A DNA stretch of 64,000 nt from Thermoproteota archaeon (lineage in GTDB: Archaea; Korarchaeota; Korarchaeia; Korarchaeales; Korarchaeaceae). The notes below the pieces were generated by a model. That model had not been told where the DNA came from. It ran no database searches and saw only the letters and a program-made list of their open reading frames with translations. The DNA lies in NCBI GenBank assembly GCA_027491915.1, contig JAOZGC010000002.1, forward strand, positions 379,344-443,343, given 5' to 3'. This document shows positions 36,627-43,926 of this stretch, in pieces (the first letter of the stretch is position 1; each line of letters starts with the position of its first letter). A program made the translations under genes and the position numbers.

Positions 36627-38533
36627 TGGGATTCAAGGGTTGGGCCGGCAAGGTGATCCACGTCGACCTCGGCTCCGGGAGCGTATCGGTGGAGCCTCTG
36701 GACGGATCGCTGGCCGCCGAATACCTGGGAGGGACGGGTTTCGCGGCCAGGTGGCTCTACGACGGGGTCGGTCCTGAGACCGACCCCCTGGGCCCCGACA
36801 ACCTGCTCATATTCGCCGTCGGCGCCCTGACCGGGACGGCCTTCCCGCAGGCGAGCCGGCACGTCATAGCCGCCAAGTCCCCCCTGACCGACATATACGG
36901 CGAGTCCCACGCCGCCGGCCACTGGGGGGCCGAGCTGAAGTTCGCGGGATACGACGCCATCGTGTTCAGGGGGAGGTCGCCGAGGCCGGTCTACCTCTGG
37001 GTGGAGGACGGGTCGATAGAGCTCAGGGACGCCTCCGACCTGTGGGGCAGGACCACCTACGAGACCGAGGCCATGATAAGGGAGGAGGCGGGAGATCCCT
37101 TCGTCAAGGTCGCCTCCATAGGGCAGGCTGGGGAGAACCTGGTCAGGTTCGCGGGGATCTTCAACGACCACGGGAGGGCGGCCGCCAGATCCGGCATAGG
37201 GGCGGTGATGGGATCCAAGAGGCTCAAGGCCGTGGCGGTAAGGGGGCACGGCTCGGTGGAGCTGGCCGACCCCGACAGGTTCATGGAGCTCTTCTTCGAC
37301 TGGAGGGAGAGGATGCTCTCCCACCCCTTCACCCCGGACAGGGTCAAGTACGGCACCAACAACCTGGTGGAGCTGATGCAGGCCATAGGGAGGCTCCCGG
37401 CCTACAACCACAGGGAGGGGGTGTTCGACGAGTGGGAGAAGGTCTCCGGCGAGAGGATAACCAGGGAGTACCTGGTCGCCCCGAAGGCCGACTTCGCGTG
37501 CCTCCAGAGGTGCGGGAGGTTCGTCAGGGTCCCCTCCGGCAAGTACGCCATGGTGGGCAAGGGCCCGGAGTACGAGGGGCTGGACGCCCTCGGCCCCAAC
37601 GTGGGGAACTCCGACGTCGAGGCCCTCATATACGCCAACCACCTGTGCAACCAGTACGGCATGGACGTGATATCCGCCGGGGGCGTCATAGCCTGGGCCA
37701 TGGAGTCCTGGGAGAGGGGCCTCCTGACGGCGGAGGACACCGGAGGGCTGGAGCTCAGGTGGGGAGACGGAGACCTGATAGTGCAGCTCGTGGAGATGAT
37801 AGCCTTCAGGAAGGGTTTCGGGGACCTACTGGCAGAGGGGGTCTACAGGGCCTCCAAGAAGATCGGCAGGGGAACGGAGAAGTACGCCATGCACGTCAAG
37901 AAGATGGAGATAGCTGCGCAGGACGGCAGGGCCCAGAAGTCCATGGGCCTGGCCCACGCCACCTCCAACAGGGGGGCGGACCACCTGTACGCCTTCCCGG
38001 TGCTGGACGAGGTGGGCTTCGAGAAGGAGATAGTGGAGAGGTTCGGGGAGCGCTACCTGCCGGAGATGACCGACAGGCTCAATCCGAAGTACAAGGGGAT
38101 CATGGTGAAGGAGCTGGAGGACTTCTGCGCCGTGGTTGAGGCCGTGGGGGTGTGCAAGTACGGGACCGTCATACCCCCCGTTTTCTACTACGGAGACCTG
38201 GCCGACGCCCTGACGGCCGCCACCGGGGTGACATACGACGAGGCCAGGCTCAGGCTCATAGGGGAGAGGATAGTGAACCTGCAGAGGCTGTTCAACGTCA
38301 GGGAGGGGATAACCAGGAGGGACGACACCCTGCCCGAGAGGTTCACGAGGGAGCCCATGCCCCGGGGACCCTCCAGGGGCCAGGTGGTGGAGCTGGACCA
38401 GATGCTGGACGAGTACTACGGGCACAGGGGGTGGGATCCGGAGACCGGGATACCCACCAGGGAGAGGCTCGAGGCACTCGGGCTCGGGAGGGAGGCGGAG
38501 GAGCTGGCGGCCGCCGGCTACCCCGTCAAGTGA
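36626..38533 (+). CDS. AOR-family tungstoenzyme, paralogue 4 (first Cys of the cluster motif replaced by Asp)
   Basis: GWAGKVIHVDLGSGS, ARSGIGAVMGSKRLKA, ADFACLQRCG (DX2CX3C), GPEYEG, DDTLPERFTREPMPRGPSRG. The ATG overlaps the amidohydrolase TGA by 1 nt (GTGATGG). Confidence 0.93.
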   Translation: MGFKGWAGKVIHVDLGSGSVSVEPLDGSLAAEYLGGTGFAARWLYDGVGPETDPLGPDNLLIFAVGALTGTAFPQASRHVIAAKSPLTDIYGESHAAGHWGAELKFAGYDAIVFRGRSPRPVYLWVEDGSIELRDASDLWGRTTYETEAMIREEAGDPFVKVASIGQAGENLVRFAGIFNDHGRAAARSGIGAVMGSKRLKAVAVRGHGSVELADPDRFMELFFDWRERMLSHPFTPDRVKYGTNNLVELMQAIGRLPAYNHREGVFDEWEKVSGERITREYLVAPKADFACLQRCGRFVRVPSGKYAMVGKGPEYEGLDALGPNVGNSDVEALIYANHLCNQYGMDVISAGGVIAWAMESWERGLLTAEDTGGLELRWGDGDLIVQLVEMIAFRKGFGDLLAEGVYRASKKIGRGTEKYAMHVKKMEIAAQDGRAQKSMGLAHATSNRGADHLYAFPVLDEVGFEKEIVERFGERYLPEMTDRLNPKYKGIMVKELEDFCAVVEAVGVCKYGTVIPPVFYYGDLADALTAATGVTYDEARLRLIGERIVNLQRLFNVREGITRRDDTLPERFTREPMPRGPSRGQVVELDQMLDEYYGHRGWDPETGIPTRERLEALGLGREAEELAAAGYPVK

Positions 38534-38536
38534 CCA

Positions 38537-38575
38537 GTATATAGGGAAATTTTTATGAATTCTTTCCCTATATAC
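38537..38575. terminator. Perfect 13-bp inverted repeat (GTATATAGGGAAA - 13 nt - TTTCCCTATATAC) in the most A/T-rich spot of the window. Candidate operon terminator hairpin and/or operator flanking a TATA-like loop (AAATTTTTATGAA).
   Basis: Read directly. The left arm is 38537-38549, the loop 38550-38562 and the right arm 38563-38575. It lies between the AOR-4 stop (38533) and the GTG at 38581. Confidence 0.55.
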
Positions 38576-38580
38576 CGGTC

Positions 38581-39963
38581 GTGCTTCCCAGGGAGACGCT
38601 GGTCAGGGTGCTGAGGGACCAGCAAGAGGGGGTACCTCCCCCCCTCGTGAGGAGGGATATCTCGATACCCACCCGCCCACCCCTCAGGAGGGCCGTCTCC
38701 GTGGTGGGGCCCAGGAGGGCCGGGAAGACCTACTCGATGTTCCAGCTCATGAGGGACCTGATGTCCGCCGGGGTCGCCAGGGAGAGGCTCCTCTACCTGG
38801 ACCTCGAGGACTACAGGCTGGCCGGAGCCGACCAGCGTGACCTCGGGAGGATAATAGACCTCCACGCGGAGATTTACCCTGAGGCCTCTCGGGGGGAGAG
38901 GTGGATCTTTCTGGACGAGGTTCAGGCGATCCTCGGGTGGGAGGGGGTCGTCAGGACCCTCCTGGACCTGGGGAGATCGTGGGTCTTCGTCACGGGTTCC
39001 TCCTCCAGGCTCCTGTCCAGGGAGGTGGCCACCCAGCTCAGGGGTAGGACCCTGACGTTCGAGCTGTTCCCCTTCTCGTTCAGGGAGTTCTTGAGGGCCA
39101 GGGGGGCCGGGGACCTGGTCAACGCCGCCGCCGGGGCGTCGAGCTCCGAGGAGGCGCGCCTGAAATCGCTCCTCCGGGAGTACCTCTCGCGGGGCGGGTA
39201 CCCGGAGGCGGCGCTGAACCCCGGACTCGGGGAGAGGATACTCAGGGAGATATGGGAGGTGACCGTTTCCAGGGACCTGATAGACAGGTGGGGGATAAGG
39301 AACGTCAGGGCCCTGAGGCTCCTGGTGGGGGCGGTCAGGAGGTCGAGGGAGTTCTCGGTGCACGGGTTCTACAGGTACCTGAAGTCGATGGGCCTCAGGG
39401 TCGGCAAGGACACCCTCTACAACTACCTGGAGTACCTGAGGGACGCCATGATCGTCTTCCCCCTGCGGAGGTACTCCAGGTCCGTCAGGGAGATCGAGGC
39501 CACGTCTCCAAAGCTCTACCTGGTGGACAACGGGCTCTACCTCGGGGAGGTCGGGGAGGGGGAACTCATGGAGAACCTGGCGTTCCTGGAGCTGAGGCGG
39601 AGGGGGGCGGTGGAGGGAGAGAGGCTCTTCTACTGGAGGTCCAGGTCGGGATCCGGGGAGGTGGACTTCCTGATTGCGGACTCCCGACTCCGCCCGACGA
39701 GGCTCGTCCAGGTGACCCGAGAGGTCAGGTGGGACGACCCCAGGCAGGTCAGGAGGGAGCTTGGCTCCCTCGTCAGGGCGGCCCGGGAGACCGGGTGCCG
39801 GAGCCTTTGGGTGGTCACCTGGGATCAGGAGGGAGCCGAGGTCTTCGAGGGCGCGGAGGTCGAGCTGGTCCCCATGTGGAGGTGGGCGCTCGGGTTCCCC
39901 TCGGGGTTCTGGGAGGGGGTATCCCCCAGATTCCCGGCGGGCGCTCACCCGCCGGGGGAGTAG
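38581..39963 (+). CDS. AAA-type ATPase (AAA_14 + DUF4143 architecture)
   Basis: Walker A GPRRAGKT, Walker B WIFLDEVQ. C-terminal region with EVDFLI, typical of this archaeal ATPase family. Confidence 0.8.
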   Translation: MLPRETLVRVLRDQQEGVPPPLVRRDISIPTRPPLRRAVSVVGPRRAGKTYSMFQLMRDLMSAGVARERLLYLDLEDYRLAGADQRDLGRIIDLHAEIYPEASRGERWIFLDEVQAILGWEGVVRTLLDLGRSWVFVTGSSSRLLSREVATQLRGRTLTFELFPFSFREFLRARGAGDLVNAAAGASSSEEARLKSLLREYLSRGGYPEAALNPGLGERILREIWEVTVSRDLIDRWGIRNVRALRLLVGAVRRSREFSVHGFYRYLKSMGLRVGKDTLYNYLEYLRDAMIVFPLRRYSRSVREIEATSPKLYLVDNGLYLGEVGEGELMENLAFLELRRRGAVEGERLFYWRSRSGSGEVDFLIADSRLRPTRLVQVTREVRWDDPRQVRRELGSLVRAARETGCRSLWVVTWDQEGAEVFEGAEVELVPMWRWALGFPSGFWEGVSPRFPAGAHPPGE

Positions 39964-41309
39964 CGGAACCCCGAGACGTCCCCCAGGATGAGGACCGGCT
40001 CCTTCCCCAGATCCAAGACCACCTCCCCCGCCCCCCGGGCTACCTCGCCGCCGGCCAGGTCCAGGACCGTTAGGTTCCCCCTCCCTTCTATCACCAGGGG
40101 ACCGACCTGCTCCGGCCCCCTGACGACCCACCAGTCCTGCCAGACGACCGAGATCGGCCCTTGGGGCGTCGAGAACTTGAACAGGTAGGTCAGGGTGTCG
40201 TTCCGGGAGAGCTCCAGCTCGGCCCTCCCGAGCAGCCTCGAGAGGGTCTGGTACGCGTAGAACGCCCTCTTCTTGACCCCCTCCCCCCCGTCCCATGGTC
40301 CCTTCCCGTCGTAGACGAGTCCCGACTGGTCGAAGAATCCCTCGCCGGTCCCCTCGTAGCTGGGCTCCTCGACGTAGCACCAGAACACCTTCTCCACCCC
40401 CACGGCCCGGAGCACCACGAACCTCTTCACCAGGTCGGCGGCCTGCTCCTCCTCGGTCTGACACACCTCGCCGACGCAGCCGGAGAAGGTGGACGTCTCC
40501 TGGACCCAGATGGGCCTGTCACCCAGCCCGTACTCCTCCAGGACGGACCTCATCTCCCTGTATATCTCCACGCCGGACAGGTAGTTCTCGGCCCCGGGGA
40601 GCCGCCTGGACGGGGCCGCCAGCCCGTAGTAGTGGAAGTTGAACACGTCCACCAGGTCCCCGACCCCCCGATCCAGGAAGGCCCTCAGGTAGGGGATCAG
40701 GATGGACCCGTCGAGCAGGCCCCCCATGACGACCTTGCAGTCGGGGCAGGCCCTCTTTATCGCCGAGGCGTACACGGAAAATCTATCCGCGTACTCTTCC
40801 GGGCCGCAGGACGTCCCCCACCCGCCGTTCTCCTCGTTTCCCACCATCCAGAGGGTCACCCTCCTCCCGACCAGCTCCGCTCCCCTGCCCTCGGTGTAGT
40901 ACCTGACTATCTCCTCGACGGCCCGGGACGTCTCGTTGGGATCCCTCATCTCGGGGGCCCAGAAGGCTGCCAGCGGCTCCGATCCGTTCCCCACAACCCA
41001 CCTCATCGCCTTTGTGTTCCTGATCTCCTGCTTGGATCCCACGTAATCGGGGGTGGCCCCCAGGAAGAAGCCGTAGCTGTGTACGTCCACCATGAGCTCG
41101 GAGAGGTACCTCTTGTCGTGGACTATACCCGTTATTCCGAAGAAACCGTCCCTCTCAGCCGGTTTGGGTTGGGGCTCCACCCCTCCCCCGGGCTCCACCC
41201 CTCCCCCGGGCTCCACCCCTCCGGGGCCTCTCGTGGCGAGCGCGGCCACAAAGAAGAACGCGACGGCGACCGCCGCCAGGAGAATGGGGATCCTGCTCCC
41301 CCTTCCCAT
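39945..41309 (-). CDS. Membrane-anchored glycoside hydrolase, (beta/alpha)8 clan GH-A-like
   Basis: N-terminal anchor IPILLAAVAVAFFFVAAL and a GGGVEP x3 linker. Candidate acid/base LWMVGNEENGGWG and nucleophile IWVQETSTF. The GH family was not determined. Confidence 0.55.
   Translation of the reverse strand: MGRGSRIPILLAAVAVAFFFVAALATRGPGGVEPGGGVEPGGGVEPQPKPAERDGFFGITGIVHDKRYLSELMVDVHSYGFFLGATPDYVGSKQEIRNTKAMRWVVGNGSEPLAAFWAPEMRDPNETSRAVEEIVRYYTEGRGAELVGRRVTLWMVGNEENGGWGTSCGPEEYADRFSVYASAIKRACPDCKVVMGGLLDGSILIPYLRAFLDRGVGDLVDVFNFHYYGLAAPSRRLPGAENYLSGVEIYREMRSVLEEYGLGDRPIWVQETSTFSGCVGEVCQTEEEQAADLVKRFVVLRAVGVEKVFWCYVEEPSYEGTGEGFFDQSGLVYDGKGPWDGGEGVKKRAFYAYQTLSRLLGRAELELSRNDTLTYLFKFSTPQGPISVVWQDWWVVRGPEQVGPLVIEGRGNLTVLDLAGGEVARGAGEVVLDLGKEPVLILGDVSGFRYSPGG
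41173..41226. repeat. 18-bp tandem repeat x3 (ggctccacccctcccccg; third copy diverged at its 3' end), encoding the GGGVEP linker repeats of the glycoside hydrolase
   Basis: Read directly: 41173-41190 and 41191-41208 are identical; 41209-41226 is diverged. Confidence 0.8.
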
Positions 41310-41330
41310 GGGCGCGAAACCGACCGCTTG

Positions 41331-41338
41331 AATAAAAA
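41331..41338 (-). promoter_or_regulatory. TATA-like box (TTTTTATT on the - strand) 22-29 nt upstream of the glycoside hydrolase ATG (41309)
   Basis: A/T-rich element in a GC-rich spacer. Confidence 0.45.
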
Positions 41339-41465
41339 CGGCGGCCCCGCCGGCCGCTCGGCCGCTTTTTAATGGTCCCCGCGCGCCGCCCGACCGGGAC
41401 CTCCTCTGGACGAGGGCGGGGAGATCTCGCTGAAGAGGGACGTCGGCTGGTTCGGATCTTTCGCG

Positions 41466-43259
41466 ATGGGCTACGCCGACGTCGGGGCCGACGTGTTCAT
41501 GGCGCTCGGGATGGTGGCCTCCTATGCCGCCGGGGCGCTTCCCCTGGCCTTCTCGGTGGCCGCCGTCGTTTACGTCCTCACCGGCCTCGTCTACGCCGAG
41601 CTGGCCTCAACCTACCCCTACGCCGGCGGGGCCCAGGTTTACGCCGCCCGCGGCCTGGGAGACGCGGCTGGCTTCGTCGCCGGGTGGGCCCTCATCCTGA
41701 GCTACACCGTGGACGTGGCCCTCTTCTCCCTTGCGGCGGCCGGTTACCTGTCCTACTTCCTCCCCTGGCTTGCCTCCCGCGTCGAGCTGTTCGGCCTCGG
41801 CGTGCGCAGCGTCTCGGCGTGCGCAGCTCTTGTCTCGGCCTCCCTGACGGCCCTGAACCTGGTCGGCATAAGGGGATCCTCCCGCCTGAACGAGGCCATG
41901 GTGGCGCTGGGCCTGACCGTCCAGGCTCTGCTCCTGATCGTTGGTCTCGCCAGTTTGGATTTGGAGTCCCTCTCCGCTTCCATCTCTGAGGTGGGCAGCC
42001 CTGGGGCCAGGCCAGGGGTCTCCTACCTCCCCGGAATAGACCTGAGGACGCAGAACTTCCTCTACGCGTCGACCCTGGCCATGAGTTCCTTCGTAGGGGT
42101 TGAGTCCATCGCCCAGGCCGCCGAGGAGATAAGGAGACCCCACAGGTGGATCCCCGTGGCCACCAAGCTCTCGGTGGCCTCCGTCCTCGTGTTCGCCCTG
42201 GGCCTCTCGGCGGTGGGAGTCGGGACGGTCGGGTGGAGGGCCCTGGCTGCGGCGGAGGAGAGGCCCCTGACCGCCCTGGCCTTCTCCCTCCCCCTGATCG
42301 GTCCGATCGCCTCTCCGGTCGTGGCCGCCACGGGCTTCGCCATAAACCTGGTCTCGGCAAACACCGGGATAATAGGGGTCTCCAGGGTGGCCTACTCCAT
42401 GGGGAAGTACGGCCTGCTCCCCTCTTGGTTCAGGGTGGTCCACCGAAGGTGGAGGACGCCGGCGCGCACCGTGCTGACGTTCGGGGCCATAGGCTCGGCT
42501 GCCGCCCTGGTGGGGGGGCTGGATTCCGTCGCCGACGTCTACGCCTTCGGCGCCCTGATCTCCTATCTCTTGGTTCACCTGAGCGTCATAAAGCTGAGGA
42601 ACATGGACAGGGACGCCTACAGGCCCTGGAGGTCTCCTGGCTCCGTCTCTATCTCCGGGCGCGAGGTCCCGCTCGTCGGGGCGGCCGGCGCGCTGGCGAC
42701 GGCCTCGATGCTCGCCCTGGTGGCCGCCATGCACCCGGTGGGGAGGACCATGGGCTCGGCGTGGATCGCGGCCGGACTGGCCGTATACGCCTCCTACAGG
42801 AGGGCCGTCGGCCTGCCGATCCTGGGAAGGCTGTCCGGTTCGGCGGTGAAGCCCGCCTCCCGCGTACTCGACGTGTTGGTTCCCCTGGAGCCCAGGTTCC
42901 CCCCCGAGGTCATCGCCGAGGCCGTCTCCTCGGCCCTCAGGGACAGGGCGAGGGTCCACCTCCTGGCGGCCGTCGACCCGACCTCGCCGGGCGCCGCGTC
43001 CGAGGCCGAGGAGCTTTCTCGCTTCCTGGACGAGGTCGCCTCCCTCCTCAGGGACAGGGTGGCCGGGGTCGGCGCCTCCCTGAGGTGGGGAGATCCGGCC
43101 GACGCCACCTTAGAGGAGGCGAGGCGCGGCTCCTACGACCTGATTCTGATCCTGGCCGGAAGGAGGCCCGTCAAGGGATCCCCTGGCGGAATTATTAGTC
43201 GGCTGACCAGGGATCTCCCCGGCAGGCTGGAGGTGGTGAGATGGGGAAGTTCCTGGTGA
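41466..43259 (+). CDS. APC-superfamily amino acid/polyamine permease fused to a C-terminal universal stress protein (Usp) domain; the true start is probably upstream of the first ATG
   Basis: GYADVGADVFMALG (TM1 G-x-G region), AELASTYPYAGGAQVYA, about 12 TM segments. C-terminal Usp-like domain VLDVLVPLE...YDLILILAGRR. The in-frame upstream sequence encodes ISLKRDVGWFGSFA with no ATG/GTG/TTG. Confidence 0.8.
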   Translation: MGYADVGADVFMALGMVASYAAGALPLAFSVAAVVYVLTGLVYAELASTYPYAGGAQVYAARGLGDAAGFVAGWALILSYTVDVALFSLAAAGYLSYFLPWLASRVELFGLGVRSVSACAALVSASLTALNLVGIRGSSRLNEAMVALGLTVQALLLIVGLASLDLESLSASISEVGSPGARPGVSYLPGIDLRTQNFLYASTLAMSSFVGVESIAQAAEEIRRPHRWIPVATKLSVASVLVFALGLSAVGVGTVGWRALAAAEERPLTALAFSLPLIGPIASPVVAATGFAINLVSANTGIIGVSRVAYSMGKYGLLPSWFRVVHRRWRTPARTVLTFGAIGSAAALVGGLDSVADVYAFGALISYLLVHLSVIKLRNMDRDAYRPWRSPGSVSISGREVPLVGAAGALATASMLALVAAMHPVGRTMGSAWIAAGLAVYASYRRAVGLPILGRLSGSAVKPASRVLDVLVPLEPRFPPEVIAEAVSSALRDRARVHLLAAVDPTSPGAASEAEELSRFLDEVASLLRDRVAGVGASLRWGDPADATLEEARRGSYDLILILAGRRPVKGSPGGIISRLTRDLPGRLEVVRWGSSW

Positions 43260-43510
43260 TCCTCAACGTCTACGTTGACAGCAGGAGGCTGGAGGACGTG
43301 GTGGAGGCCCTCCTAGGGATGCCGGAGGTGGTGGACCTGTACGAGGTGACCGGGAGCTACGACGTGGTGGCGGTGGTGGAGACCGACTCCAAGGAGAGCT
43401 TCAGGTCTCTGCTGGTCAAGAGGATCCTGAGGATAGGGGGGGTCAAAGAGACCAACAGCTCCGTCATCCTCCACGTCCACAAGAGGGCCGGGGAGGCGGT
43501 GGAGGGTTGA
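43241..43510 (+). CDS. Stand-alone Lrp/AsnC ligand-binding (RAM) domain protein
   Basis: 89 aa. FLVILNVYVDSRRLEDVVEALLGMPEVVDLYEVTGSYDVVAVVE is typical of the AsnC_trans_reg fold without an HTH. Confidence 0.75.
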   Translation: MGKFLVILNVYVDSRRLEDVVEALLGMPEVVDLYEVTGSYDVVAVVETDSKESFRSLLVKRILRIGGVKETNSSVILHVHKRAGEAVEG

Positions 43511-43926
43511 GCCCAAAGCTGAGGGTCCTGGCGCCGGTGGCCGGCCCCGAGGAGGCGGCCGCCCTCCTGGGGGTCCTGTCGGGCGTCCTCGCGGGGGGCT
43601 TCGAGGTGGTCGTCCTCGGCGTCATCCCCGTCCCGGCCGCCTCCCCCCTGGACGCCCCGGAGCTGGCAGACGAGGCGAGGGAACTGGAGACGACCCTCGG
43701 CGCGGCCGCGGCCCGCTCGCCAGTTCTCCCCGGGCGGGTGACCGCGAGGGTGGTCCTGGCCAGGGATCCCGCCGGGGCTGTGATGGAGTCGCTCGAGGGG
43801 TTCGACCTGCTCGCGGTCTCCACCGGGTTCCTGAGGTCTGCGCGTGGGGTGTTCGGCGGGATCAGGGTCGAGGACGCGGCGGAGGCCGGCATCCCGGTGC
43901 TCGTCTGGGCCGCCCCAGGGAGGTGA
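43507..43926 (+). CDS. Universal stress protein (UspA-like) family protein
   Basis: 139 aa. The TTG start overlaps the previous stop (TTGA). LRVLAPVAG...FDLLAVSTG...IPVLVW. The ATP-binding G-x2-G-x9-G-S/T motif is not obvious. Confidence 0.55.
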   Translation: MSPKLRVLAPVAGPEEAAALLGVLSGVLAGGFEVVVLGVIPVPAASPLDAPELADEARELETTLGAAAARSPVLPGRVTARVVLARDPAGAVMESLEGFDLLAVSTGFLRSARGVFGGIRVEDAAEAGIPVLVWAAPGR

